A stretch of DNA of 64,000 nt from Bacteroidota bacterium (lineage in GTDB: Bacteria; Bacteroidota; Bacteroidia; Flavobacteriales_D; Crocinitomicaceae), in NCBI GenBank assembly GCA_041191505.1, contig JBEEOT010000008.1, positions 10,348 through 74,347 of the forward strand. The letters are read 5' to 3'. Positions 52,351 through 62,121 of this stretch are shown here, one piece after another. How positions within the stretch are numbered: the first letter of the stretch is position 1; each line of letters starts with the position of its first letter. The notes under the pieces were generated by a model that saw only the letters and a list, made by a program, of their open reading frames with translations, had not been told where the DNA came from and searched no databases. A program made the translations under genes and the position numbers.

Positions 52351-55300
52351 TTACTCTTCAGTAAGTTTGGCTAAGCGATTGAACTTGATTTTATCCTTAA
52401 TGCGGTCTACGGTATAGTACATCATTGGCACCACGATAATCGTCAAAAACATAGAGCTCGTCAGGCCTCCGATGAGTACCCAAGCCAAGCCGTTTTTCCA
52501 TTCTGCTCCAGCGCCTGTTGCCGTTGCAATTGGAACCATACCAATTACCATAGCAATTGTCGTCATTAAGATCGGGCGCATACGTTCTTTAACAGACTCC
52601 AAGAGTGCTGAGTAAGTAGACATCCCCTTTTCTTTTAAGTGATTGGTGAAATCCACGATGAGGATGGCATTTTTAGCCACAAGCCCCAGGAGCATGAGCA
52701 TACCGAGCATGGTAAAAATACCCATGTTAGAAGCACTGAGCGCCAAAGCCAAAATGGCTCCTACCAAAGAAACTAAAATAGAGAACAAGACTACAAATGG
52801 ATAGATAAAGTTGTCGTAGAGTGCCACCATAATCAGGTAAACCAAAATGACACCAATTCCCATTGCGGTTCCGAGCGCTCCGAAAGACTCTTTTTGACGC
52901 TTGATTTCGCCACCCCAAGTTAAGCGTACGTTCGGATCGAGCGGATTCTTTTTGAGGTATTTTTCAATATCTGCGGCAACTGTTCCTGGAGCCGTTCCGA
53001 GCACGTAACAACGCAATGTAGTATTGGAGATCCTGTTTTTGCGCTCGAGTGTACCCGCTGCGTTGTCTACAGAAATAGTGGCGAATTCGCTCAGGCGCAC
53101 TTGCTTACCCTCGTTATTAGTGAAGGTCATGCTTTGGATATCTTCGACGTCTTTGCGATTGGCCGCATCGAGCATCACGCGAATGTCGTATTCAGAGCCG
53201 TCGAGGTCTAGCTGGCTGTCGTTGTTACCAGATAAAGAACCCTGTAATTGCATGCCGATAGCCGCTACATTGACACCAAGTTGGCCCATTTTTTCGCGGT
53301 CAAGTGCAATTTTGACTTCTGGTGTCACATCTTCTGTGCTGAGATATGGGTCTTTGGCTCCATTCATGGCTTTAATAGCAGTTTTCAAGCGGCGTGCCTC
53401 TTTGATCATGAGGTCTTTGTCGTTACTCGAAATAAAGATTTCGATTGGCGCTTGTTCTGAATCGATCAAGCCCATGTTCAGTGCTTTCACTTCTACACCC
53501 GGATACTCGTTTTCAATTTTGGACCGGATCATGTTCATGTACTCCACTGTCGGAATCTCTTTTTGCTTGCCTTTTTTGAGCATCACCGTGATCTCAGAAC
53601 GGTTTTCCGAACCAAAAGCAGCTGCACCCAAACCAGCACTCGGGCCGCCCACGTTCGAAAAGACAATATCTATCATGTCTTTCTGAGCCAAGAGCAATTG
53701 CTCAATTTTCATGGTGGTAAGGTTATTTTCGGCAAAAGTGGCGCTCTTTTCGTATTTCAATTTGAGCATGAACTTACCTTGATCACCTTGTGAGACAAAT
53801 TCTTGCCCAACAATACCGAGGCCCATTGTGGCAAAAGAGGCAACGAATATGGCAATAATGATCAGACCCATCGAAATTTTGTGGCGCAAGGCCCAACCCA
53901 CGATTTTCACATAAGAGTTGGTAAAGATGCTCACTCGGCGCTCAAACCAAAGTAAAATCGCCTGAAAAGGTTTTTTAGGATCGAGTTTAACCTCTTTGGC
54001 AAAGCGCGAAGCCAACCAAGGAGTTAAGGTAAAACATACAAAAAGAGACATCAGGGTAGAAACCACTACCACTATAGAGAACTGATGCAAAATGTCAGAA
54101 ATCGTTCCTTCGATGAACACCACCGGGGAAAACACCACGACATCAACAAGCGTAATTGCCAAAGCGGTAAAGCCAATTTCATTTCGACCATCTAAGGCTG
54201 CCTGACGGCGTTTTTTACCCATTTGCAGGTGGCGGTAGATGTTCTCCAAAACTACAATGGAGTCATCGACAAGAATTCCGATGACCAAAGACATCGCTAA
54301 AAGTGTCATGAGGTTGAGCGTATAGCCCAATAAATACATGGCCACAAAAGTAGAAATGAGCGATGCTGGAATTGAGACAAGGACAATAAAGGCATTGCGC
54401 ATGGTGTGCAAGAACAAGAGCATCACGAGCGCCACCAAAAATACGGCAAGTTCGAGGTCGTGAATAACGGCGTCTACAGACTCAATGGTAGGCAAAGAGG
54501 TATCGGTAGCTACAGTAAAGCCGAGGCCCTCTTTTTTATATTTTTCTTCTAGATCCTTGAATTTTGCTTTGGTGGCATTTGCAACATCAACGGCATTTGC
54601 ATCCGATTGCTTTTTAATGCGCAAACCAATACCATTTACCCCATTTAAACGCGAAATTGTAATCTGATCTTCGCTGGCATCTACGACATCGGCTACATCG
54701 CGCAGGCGAATGGAACTGGTGCCTTTGGCCACCAATACCAAATCCTGAAGATCTGCCAAATTCTTGTACTTACCCGTAAGGCGAACCGTAATTTGTTCGT
54801 TGTTGCTTTTGATTTTCCCTGTAGGGAAATCCAAATTGGAAAGCGCCACCGCTTGATTGATTTGCGCCATAGACAAACCGAGCTTGCGCATTTTTTCTTT
54901 GTCGACGTTTACGCGAAACGAGCGACGCTCGCCACCTATAACTTGAACTTCGGCAACACCTTTTACTTGCTTAATAGCAGGCAAAAGTTGGTCGTCCATG
55001 AGGCGCATAAGTTCTGCATCAGATAAGTTTTTAGCTACCGCACTCAATTGCAATACTGGCGTTGCATTGGGCTCAATTTTGGCCACCATCGGATTTTGTG
55101 CATCGTCTGGCAACTTACTGAGGTTGTTGTTGATTTTGCGCTGGGCATCTGCCAGGGCATCGTCAATATTGGCAGAGGCCTTGAACTCCAACAAAACGAA
55201 AGAAGCGTTGTCAAAAGAAAAAGAAGTGACTTCATCGACGTTTTCCATGCCGCTCAGTACATCTTCTAGCGGCTTAGATACCTGACTCTCAACGGTAGAT

Positions 55301-55467
55301 GGCGAAGCACCAGGGTAAGCGGTTGTAATGGTCAAAAGTGGTGCCGAGAAATCGGGCATCAGTTCATAAGAGAGCTGTTTGTAGCTTAAGAGACCGCCAC
55401 CAACTAGAATAGTAAAGATGACGATGATAAATGATGGCCTTTTGATGGCCAGTTCGGTGAGTGTCAT
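52351..55467 (-). CDS. RND efflux transporter permease (AcrB/HAE1-like)
   Basis: 1038 aa with N-terminus LAIKRPSFIIVIFTILV, 12 TM segments, two large periplasmic loops, and VGILVDDSIVVLENI. Confidence 0.95.
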   Translation of the reverse strand: MTLTELAIKRPSFIIVIFTILVGGGLLSYKQLSYELMPDFSAPLLTITTAYPGASPSTVESQVSKPLEDVLSGMENVDEVTSFSFDNASFVLLEFKASANIDDALADAQRKINNNLSKLPDDAQNPMVAKIEPNATPVLQLSAVAKNLSDAELMRLMDDQLLPAIKQVKGVAEVQVIGGERRSFRVNVDKEKMRKLGLSMAQINQAVALSNLDFPTGKIKSNNEQITVRLTGKYKNLADLQDLVLVAKGTSSIRLRDVADVVDASEDQITISRLNGVNGIGLRIKKQSDANAVDVANATKAKFKDLEEKYKKEGLGFTVATDTSLPTIESVDAVIHDLELAVFLVALVMLLFLHTMRNAFIVLVSIPASLISTFVAMYLLGYTLNLMTLLAMSLVIGILVDDSIVVLENIYRHLQMGKKRRQAALDGRNEIGFTALAITLVDVVVFSPVVFIEGTISDILHQFSIVVVVSTLMSLFVCFTLTPWLASRFAKEVKLDPKKPFQAILLWFERRVSIFTNSYVKIVGWALRHKISMGLIIIAIFVASFATMGLGIVGQEFVSQGDQGKFMLKLKYEKSATFAENNLTTMKIEQLLLAQKDMIDIVFSNVGGPSAGLGAAAFGSENRSEITVMLKKGKQKEIPTVEYMNMIRSKIENEYPGVEVKALNMGLIDSEQAPIEIFISSNDKDLMIKEARRLKTAIKAMNGAKDPYLSTEDVTPEVKIALDREKMGQLGVNVAAIGMQLQGSLSGNNDSQLDLDGSEYDIRVMLDAANRKDVEDIQSMTFTNNEGKQVRLSEFATISVDNAAGTLERKNRISNTTLRCYVLGTAPGTVAADIEKYLKKNPLDPNVRLTWGGEIKRQKESFGALGTAMGIGVILVYLIMVALYDNFIYPFVVLFSILVSLVGAILALALSASNMGIFTMLGMLMLLGLVAKNAILIVDFTNHLKEKGMSTYSALLESVKERMRPILMTTIAMVIGMVPIATATGAGAEWKNGLAWVLIGGLTSSMFLTIIVVPMMYYTVDRIKDKIKFNRLAKLTEE

Positions 55468-55472
55468 GAGGC

Positions 55473-56525
55473 CTATTTATTGCGTTTGATATTCATTCCA
55501 TCTTCCAAGTTCACTTGGCCTTTCACAACGATTTCATCGGATACACTCAAGCCTGAAACAACTTCAATGTAGTTTCCGTCGGAGGTGCCCGGGCTAAATG
55601 GTGTCAATACTGCTTTACCGTTTGACACGACGTAAATCTGCGGATTTTTGGTAGATCCTATTAGCGCTTTGCGCGGAACAGCAAGCGCCTTCACGCTTTC
55701 GTCGTTAGACAACGATACATTTCCGTACATGCCTGCAAGAATTTTTTCAGCACTAACATTGCTCACTAAAACCTGAATCTTAAAATTGTGAAGTGCATCG
55801 GCCTGAACAGAGATACTATAAATACTGCCCTTCACTTCTTTATCGTGGGCGTCTACGGTAACGTTCACTTTCTGTCCTTTTTTAAATTTAAGGACATCGC
55901 GTTCAGGCACTGAAATAGTAAGTTTAAGTTGAGAGATATCAGTCAGTTCAACGATTGGGGTGCCAGGCATCACCATAGAGCCGAGGTCTGCCATTTTTTT
56001 AGTCACAACGCCTGAAAATGGTGCAAGCACTTTTGTGCCGCGCAATTGCTTTTGTAGCTGCTTGAGTTGCACTTCTGCAGACTTGAGGGCAAGTTCCATT
56101 TTTTCAGCTTCCATAGAAGAGACCGCTTGTTCTTTTCTTAGGTTGGCAAAACGTGCGTTGTCATTTTTGAGTTGCGCAATGTTGAGCTTAGCATTCTCGA
56201 TTTGCAAAGAAATGAGTTCGTCGTCGAGCTTTGCGATAACCTGACCTTTACGGACTTGATCACCTTCTTTAACAAGTAGTTCGGTGAGTTTTCCCGAACC
56301 TTCAGAGGCCACATTGTTTTGGTGCATGGCATCAAAGACACCTAAATAAGAAAAAGCGCTTTCAAAAGTGTGCATCTGTGGCTTGTCGGTATCGACCAAA
56401 ACAGCTGCTTCCATGTCGTGGATGTAAATTTTCTTTTTTGCCTCTTCGGCATTAGAAAAAAGTTTGAAAATGGTGAGCCCCAATAGAGCCACAACCGCTA
56501 GAGAGATAAAAATGATGCGTTTCAT
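55473..56525 (-). CDS. RND efflux periplasmic adaptor (membrane fusion protein)
   Basis: N-terminal TM, a lipoyl/biotinyl-like hairpin (VKEGDQVRKGQVIAKLD ... APFSGVVTKK), and a coiled-coil between them. Confidence 0.9.
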   Translation of the reverse strand: MKRIIFISLAVVALLGLTIFKLFSNAEEAKKKIYIHDMEAAVLVDTDKPQMHTFESAFSYLGVFDAMHQNNVASEGSGKLTELLVKEGDQVRKGQVIAKLDDELISLQIENAKLNIAQLKNDNARFANLRKEQAVSSMEAEKMELALKSAEVQLKQLQKQLRGTKVLAPFSGVVTKKMADLGSMVMPGTPIVELTDISQLKLTISVPERDVLKFKKGQKVNVTVDAHDKEVKGSIYSISVQADALHNFKIQVLVSNVSAEKILAGMYGNVSLSNDESVKALAVPRKALIGSTKNPQIYVVSNGKAVLTPFSPGTSDGNYIEVVSGLSVSDEIVVKGQVNLEDGMNIKRNK

Positions 56526-56531
56526 GAGTAG

Positions 56532-57839
56532 TTATTTGATATTTCCGTTTGATTTTAAGTATTCGAGTTCTGCCTGGCGCAAAGCTACATAAGCTGCCAC
56601 CACCCCAGTTTGTGCCTGCTCAAGACCAGTTTGTGCCTGAAGCAAATCATTGGTGCCAATGAGGCCTTCTGTAAACTTAAGGCTCGCATGTTGGTGCACG
56701 GCCTCTGCGAGCTTGAGTTGCTCTTTGGAGATTTCGAGCGCATTTGCTTTTACGTCTATGAGGCGTTTGTTTTGGTCGATTTGCAATTGTAATTGTTGTT
56801 GGACAAGTGCTGTTTTGGCCTCGAGTTGTTCTTGCTTAAGTGCGTTCACTGCAGCTTTGTGGTGTTTGTCAAGCCCGTCAAAAAGATTCCAATCGACGCG
56901 CAAACCAACAAACGCACCATCGATTCCTGTTCTGAAATCAGTTTCCGGGTTCATATTGACATTGTATTGATAAATGCCATATAAGTTTACATTAGGCAAA
57001 TACCCCATCTTGATACCCTTGGCTTCTTCTTGGGTCATGAGCTTTTGTTGTTCGAGTAATTGAAGCGCAAGTAAATTGCTCGCATTTTGGTCAACCAAGA
57101 TGGTTTTTTGAACCATTTGATCAGATTGCAAGCTGATTTTGGATTTAGGATCAACGCCAATCAAAATTTTGAGTAGGTCTTCGAGCTGGCTTTGTGTGGC
57201 GAGTAAATTAGCTTGTGTGTTTTCTAAATTCAAGCGATTGATGCGAATTTTATCGGCTTCTGTTTGAACGAGCATCCCTTGCCCCACCATCAAATCCATG
57301 TTTTTGAGAATGCGATTGGCGTAAGTAATGTTGCTATCGATAAACTGAAGCTGCTGATAAAGTCCTTGCAAGATAAAGAACGTGTTGGCTACTTGGTATT
57401 TGACATCTTGGATGGTCATGTCTCTTTGGATCTTGACAATTTCGCTATTGATGCGAAGGGCAGCCAAGCCATAATTTACTTGAGAATTAAACAAGATTTG
57501 ATTGAGCTGCAAGGTATTGCTCAACACAATTGGAACACCAAACTTTACTTCGGCAAAAGTCCCTGCTGGGCCACCAAAAAACTGTGCAGGAACGACCTGC
57601 CCCGGGATAATTGCATTGTATTTGTAGTCGCCAACAAAATTAAGCGAAGGCAAGCGCGTGGAGAGATACGCTGACCTTTGACTTTCGTTGATGGCCACAT
57701 CGAGCTGGGCGCTTCTAATTTGCGCATTCGCCGTTTCGGCAGATCGCAAGCAAGCCGCCAAATCATAGCTTTGGGCATAGCTGCTAAAGCCAATAAATAG
57801 GCTAAGCAGTCCAGCGGAGAACAGGGTTTTCATTTTCAT
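56532..57839 (-). CDS. TolC family outer-membrane efflux protein
   Basis: Signal peptide and two internally repeated coiled-coil/beta halves. Length 435 aa. ATGA overlap with the tetR stop. Confidence 0.9.
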   Translation of the reverse strand: MKMKTLFSAGLLSLFIGFSSYAQSYDLAACLRSAETANAQIRSAQLDVAINESQRSAYLSTRLPSLNFVGDYKYNAIIPGQVVPAQFFGGPAGTFAEVKFGVPIVLSNTLQLNQILFNSQVNYGLAALRINSEIVKIQRDMTIQDVKYQVANTFFILQGLYQQLQFIDSNITYANRILKNMDLMVGQGMLVQTEADKIRINRLNLENTQANLLATQSQLEDLLKILIGVDPKSKISLQSDQMVQKTILVDQNASNLLALQLLEQQKLMTQEEAKGIKMGYLPNVNLYGIYQYNVNMNPETDFRTGIDGAFVGLRVDWNLFDGLDKHHKAAVNALKQEQLEAKTALVQQQLQLQIDQNKRLIDVKANALEISKEQLKLAEAVHQHASLKFTEGLIGTNDLLQAQTGLEQAQTGVVAAYVALRQAELEYLKSNGNIK

Positions 57840-58456
57840 GCTTTTGTGTTTGATATAAATAGATAATTAGTAATGAGTTCTTTGACAATTTCTTTGTGCT
57901 TTTTTAGGTCTTCATCAAATTCTTCGGTGCTAATGCCGTGAAATTGTTTGGTGAGTTTTTTGGACATAAAAGGGTAATGCACGTTAGACATCAGGAGCAT
58001 GGTTACATTGCGAATACTGACATCTCTTATCTCTCCTCTGGCTTTTGCCTGCTCGAATTGCTCAAAAATGCCGGTGTTGGCAATGGGCTCTAAAAAGTGT
58101 GAAGGCATTGGCGCATCAGTTTTGTTCTGATGCAAGGATTGCAAGATAAACATGGGCAATTCTGGGTGCTCCATAAAGAAAGAGAATTCTTTATCGATGA
58201 GTTGTTCTACCTTTTCTTTGAGACTAAGATCTGAACTAAAAACGGCAATCATGGACTGCAGAAAATCGCTCATGGCGCCTTCGAAAATGAGTTCAAAGAG
58301 CTTTTCTTTGGAACGAAAATAATAATTCAAGAGCGCAACATTACTCCCTACTTCTTTGGCGATATCGCGCACAGAACAGCCATCGAAGCCTTTTGTCATA
58401 AAGACTTTTTTGGCGGCTGCCTTGATCTTTTCTTCTGTACTTTGATCTCTTTTCAT
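57836..58456 (-). CDS. TetR/AcrR family transcriptional regulator
   Basis: N-terminal HTH IKAAAKKVFMTKGFDGCSVRDIAKEVGSNVALLNYYFRSKEKLF. Confidence 0.9.
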   Translation of the reverse strand: MKRDQSTEEKIKAAAKKVFMTKGFDGCSVRDIAKEVGSNVALLNYYFRSKEKLFELIFEGAMSDFLQSMIAVFSSDLSLKEKVEQLIDKEFSFFMEHPELPMFILQSLHQNKTDAPMPSHFLEPIANTGIFEQFEQAKARGEIRDVSIRNVTMLLMSNVHYPFMSKKLTKQFHGISTEEFDEDLKKHKEIVKELITNYLFISNTKA

Positions 58457-58480
58457 GCTTTATTTTGCGCAAAGGCGCTG

Positions 58481-58488
58481 CAAATTTA
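58481..58488 (-). promoter_or_regulatory. candidate -7 box (TAaaTTTG) of the tetR-tolC-mfp-rnd operon
   Basis: Plus strand CAAATTTA, 24 nt upstream of the tetR ATG (58456). Confidence 0.5.
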
Positions 58489-58498
58489 AACACTCTTT

Positions 58499-58514
58499 TT
58501 AAACAAATGTTTAA
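58499..58514. promoter_or_regulatory. candidate TetR operator 1 (TTAAACA-AA-TGTTTAA)
   Basis: 7+7 inverted repeat with a 2-nt centre. Lies where the -33 element of the tetR promoter should be. Confidence 0.55.
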
Positions 58515-58528
58515 GAATCCAAAAAATA

Positions 58529-58544
58529 TTAAACAATTGTTTAA
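58529..58544. promoter_or_regulatory. candidate TetR operator 2 (perfect 16-nt palindrome TTAAACAATTGTTTAA)
   Basis: Perfect palindrome, 30 bp centre-to-centre from operator 1. An extra half-site TTAAACA lies at 58486-58492. Confidence 0.55.
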
Positions 58545-58582
58545 ATTTTGGCAAACTCGAGCCGTTTTTGTTTCTTTGATTC

Positions 58583-59944
58583 ATGAAGTTTTTATTGGTG
58601 TTCAGCCTCTTGTTACCCCGTCTTTTATTTGCTCAGCAAACCGAATGGTTCTCGGACGCCAAGCTCGGTATTTTTATACATTGGGGCATGTATGCCGTAG
58701 ATGGCACTTCAGAAAGCTGGGCTTTTCATAACAGAACGGTTCCATACAATCAGTACATGAGCCAGATGAACGGTTTTGCTACCCAAAACTACAACCCCAC
58801 TGCCTGGGCCCAACTGATCAAAGAAAGTGGAGCCAAATACTGTGTAGTAACCACCAAACACCACGATGGCTTAGCCCTTTACAATACGCAATTAAAGACA
58901 ACTCCCGATACAAAGCATACATTTTGGAACCAAAAGTATCCTTTGAGCACCCTCTACCAAACACCTGCAAAGAAAGACCTGATTGCGCCGCTTTTTAAAG
59001 AATTAGAACAACTTGGCATCAAAAAAGGAGCATACTATTCTTTGCTCGATTGGTCTTCTCATGACTACCCAGGATTTTACAAAGATTCGAGCCGTTATCA
59101 AATAGAAAACGACCCCGCGCGTTGGCAGCGCTTCTTGAATTTCATGCATGGGCAAATCGTCGAAATCAATACACAATTGAAACCAGATCTATTTTGGTTC
59201 GACGGCGATTGGGAGCACTCCGAAGCAGAATGGCAGGCCGCAAAAATTGATTCGCTCATTCACCAAAGTAATCCGAACGCTATCTTAAATGGCCGACTCA
59301 AAACATACGGCGACTACGACACCCCCGAGCAAAACATGCCGCTTATTCACCCTGATCGCCATACTTGGGAACTCTGCCTTACCACCAACGACAACTGGGG
59401 CTTTCGCCCCCAGGACACCAACTTCAAAAGCCATTTTGAGCTACTCAGCATTTTCACCGAATGCTTGGGCATGGGGGGCAATCTACTTCTGGACATCGGC
59501 CCAAAAGCAGATGGCAGCATTCCCGAAGAACAAATAGCCATTCTCAAAGAATTCGGTCGGTGGACCCAAAAGCACAGCTCCGCCATCTACGGCACCATCG
59601 CAGGCCTCCCCTATGGTCACTTCCACGGCAACTCAACACTCAGCCAAGATTCAACAGTCCTCAATTTATTTATTCCGAGCCCTCAAGGAGCACTTGATAA
59701 TAAGGGCACCCTAATGATTCCTATCTATGTAAAAGGCTTAAAAAGCGTTCCAAAATCGATTGCGCTCCTCGGATCTGACACACAAATTGCCAGCCATGAA
59801 GTCGGAAAAATCTCTTGGAGTAGCGTTCCTGGCACCTTATTTATGGAAATTCCTTATTCGGAAATGGACCCGATGATCAGTGTGGTTCAGATTAAATTTG
59901 ATCAACCCATCCAACTTTACCGCGGCAAAGGCGGTTTTCATTAA
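58583..59944 (+). CDS. GH29 alpha-L-fucosidase
   Basis: Signal peptide. Motifs LGIFIHWGMYAV, YCVVTTKHHDGLALY and FWFDGDW. Confidence 0.9.
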   Translation: MKFLLVFSLLLPRLLFAQQTEWFSDAKLGIFIHWGMYAVDGTSESWAFHNRTVPYNQYMSQMNGFATQNYNPTAWAQLIKESGAKYCVVTTKHHDGLALYNTQLKTTPDTKHTFWNQKYPLSTLYQTPAKKDLIAPLFKELEQLGIKKGAYYSLLDWSSHDYPGFYKDSSRYQIENDPARWQRFLNFMHGQIVEINTQLKPDLFWFDGDWEHSEAEWQAAKIDSLIHQSNPNAILNGRLKTYGDYDTPEQNMPLIHPDRHTWELCLTTNDNWGFRPQDTNFKSHFELLSIFTECLGMGGNLLLDIGPKADGSIPEEQIAILKEFGRWTQKHSSAIYGTIAGLPYGHFHGNSTLSQDSTVLNLFIPSPQGALDNKGTLMIPIYVKGLKSVPKSIALLGSDTQIASHEVGKISWSSVPGTLFMEIPYSEMDPMISVVQIKFDQPIQLYRGKGGFH

Positions 59945-59949
59945 CAAAT

Positions 59950-62121
59950 ATGCGCAATATTATTTTCATCCTGCTGTTCAGCCCTCTCTTATTATGGGCC
60001 CAACAAGAAGTCTCATACCCGGGTTTGCAGTCTACTTTTGATTTCTATCTCAGACAAACAGGCCTCACAAACCATCACTTCGCGCTGCGCTTATTCACTC
60101 CTGATCCGCAGCTCTTTGCCGACCATCAAAAATGGGGTACCGATGGCTTTGGCGTCGTTACCAATCAAAAACAAATTTTCATTTACGGCAACACAGAACA
60201 AGCCTTCCAAAATGGGATTTACGATGTTTTGCAGCGCAAATTTGGTTTTGAGTACTATCAATCCAGCGCCGTTCAAATACCGGCCCAATTACCCAAAAAT
60301 TTTGCTTTTGACAAATATGAATCTATTCCTGCGTTTAGCTACCGCGAAGTCTTCTACGGAGAAACGCGCAGAAGTGGCTTTGCCGATTGGCACAAACTCA
60401 CAAGTGGCGAATCTTCGTTTACATTTGAAAACCACCCTGGCTGGGGTTTATGGGTGCATACGCTCCACCGCCTTTTACCACCTGAACAATACTTTGATGC
60501 ACATCCAGAATACTACGCTTTACGCAATGGCGTCAGGCTCAAAGACCAAGTTTGCCTGAGCAATCCTGAGGTGCTCGATATCGTTTGCAGCAATCTCTCT
60601 AAAGAAATTGCCAAGAACCCCAAAGCAAAGTATTGGTCAGTTAGTCAGATGGATAACTACAATTACTGCGAATGCGGGCAGTGCCTACATACTGACTCGC
60701 TCGAACAAAGCCACGCTGGCAGCATGCTGCAATTTGTCAATAAAGTAGCGCTGCGCTTCCCTGAACAAATCATCTCTACCCTCGCCTATCAATATACCCG
60801 CTCAGCACCTTTACGCACGAAGCCCGAGAAAAATGTGAACATCATGCTTTGCACCATTGAAGAGGATCGGGCCAAAAGCTTGCGCGGCACCAGTTTTGAA
60901 AAAGACCTGAAAAATTGGGCTGCGCTCACCCACAACATCCTGATCTGGGATTACGTCATCAACTTTTCACATATGGTGATGCCTTTTCCAAATTGGCCCA
61001 CCTTGCAAGAAAACATGCTCATGTTTAAGGAATATGGCGTACAAATGCTTTTTGAGCAAGGGTATAACGCTCCTTCTTCCGAAATGCAGCCCCTGCGCGC
61101 TTATTTACTTTCCAAATGGTCCTGGGACCCAACGCTAGACGCCAATTTGCTGCTCAAAAATTTCACCGACTACTTCTACGGGCCTGCTGGCGCTATTGTA
61201 CGCGAGGTCCTTCAAACCCAAGTTAAGGAACTCCAAATGAGTGGCAAAGCGCTCACACTTTACGAGCCGCCAATCACACATATTGGGGGCTACCTCAATC
61301 CGGCATCTTTGAAATGGGCCTTACAAATGTACGAGCGCGCAAAAAAACTTCCGGGCATCACCACAGCCCAAATTGAACGGATAGACATGGCCGAGCAGAG
61401 CATCCGTTATGCGTTACTAGAAATCGGGAAGTCTCCACTTGCCGGCCCAGACTGGTATTTCAGCGACAATCAAGACTTTTATCAAAAAATGCTTAAAGAT
61501 TTTGTCTGGATGGCCACTCAAAACGGGCCAAAATTGCTCCATGAAACAAGGCTCAGCCCAACAGAATTCTATGATAACACGCTCAAGTTTTGGAAAGAAG
61601 CAAAAGTAGCGCACTTGGCCAAAGGCCAACCAATTAAATACCTAAGCTTGCCTTCAAACAACTACAAAGATGGTTTAACCATAAAAGATACCTCCTCATG
61701 GACCCAAACATCATCGATCAACGACGGCCTGCGCTCCACTCAAGAATACCAGCGCGGTTGGCAAGGATGGCAGGGCCAAGATGCGGCTTTAGAAATTACC
61801 CTCGACAAACCTTACATCATTGATTCTGTGCGCATCCACTATTTAGCCAACAACCAGTCCTGGATCATGGGCCCGAGTTACATTGAAGCGAAGGGGAAAA
61901 ACGATTTAAATCAAGTATTTGAAATCCGAAAAGACAATCCTTTTGTGAACCTCGCTCAAATGAACGGAGCCTACCCCTTAACGCTCCAGGAATTTCCGAA
62001 CACACCTATCCAAACCTTAGAACTCACAATTGGCAATCCGGGCCCACTTCCTAAGTGGCGCGGTGTCGCTGGCGAGGGTTGGTTATTTATCGATGAAATT
62101 GAAGTTTATGGACATGACTAA
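59950..62121 (+). CDS. DUF4838-like glycoside-hydrolase-related protein with C-terminal discoidin-like domain
   Basis: Signal peptide. YWSVSQMDNYNYCECGQCL motif as I recall it for DUF4838. A TIM-like central part. The C-terminal ~150 aa has F5/8-type-C character (GWQGWQGQDAALEITLDKPYIIDSVRIHY). Confidence 0.6.
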   Translation: MRNIIFILLFSPLLLWAQQEVSYPGLQSTFDFYLRQTGLTNHHFALRLFTPDPQLFADHQKWGTDGFGVVTNQKQIFIYGNTEQAFQNGIYDVLQRKFGFEYYQSSAVQIPAQLPKNFAFDKYESIPAFSYREVFYGETRRSGFADWHKLTSGESSFTFENHPGWGLWVHTLHRLLPPEQYFDAHPEYYALRNGVRLKDQVCLSNPEVLDIVCSNLSKEIAKNPKAKYWSVSQMDNYNYCECGQCLHTDSLEQSHAGSMLQFVNKVALRFPEQIISTLAYQYTRSAPLRTKPEKNVNIMLCTIEEDRAKSLRGTSFEKDLKNWAALTHNILIWDYVINFSHMVMPFPNWPTLQENMLMFKEYGVQMLFEQGYNAPSSEMQPLRAYLLSKWSWDPTLDANLLLKNFTDYFYGPAGAIVREVLQTQVKELQMSGKALTLYEPPITHIGGYLNPASLKWALQMYERAKKLPGITTAQIERIDMAEQSIRYALLEIGKSPLAGPDWYFSDNQDFYQKMLKDFVWMATQNGPKLLHETRLSPTEFYDNTLKFWKEAKVAHLAKGQPIKYLSLPSNNYKDGLTIKDTSSWTQTSSINDGLRSTQEYQRGWQGWQGQDAALEITLDKPYIIDSVRIHYLANNQSWIMGPSYIEAKGKNDLNQVFEIRKDNPFVNLAQMNGAYPLTLQEFPNTPIQTLELTIGNPGPLPKWRGVAGEGWLFIDEIEVYGHD

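Noticed and set aside
53024-53686. 220-aa ORF antisense to the RND permease. Similar long shadow ORFs lie at 62228..62917 (antisense to GH29), 47236..47718 (off-frame in the giant gene), 11639..12058 and 16683..17813 (antisense to the thiolase).
   Set aside because: They lie entirely inside strongly supported genes. Their composition is low-complexity (Ser/Leu/Arg-rich), and they have no motifs, signal sequences or promoter boxes. They are typical frame-shadow ORFs.
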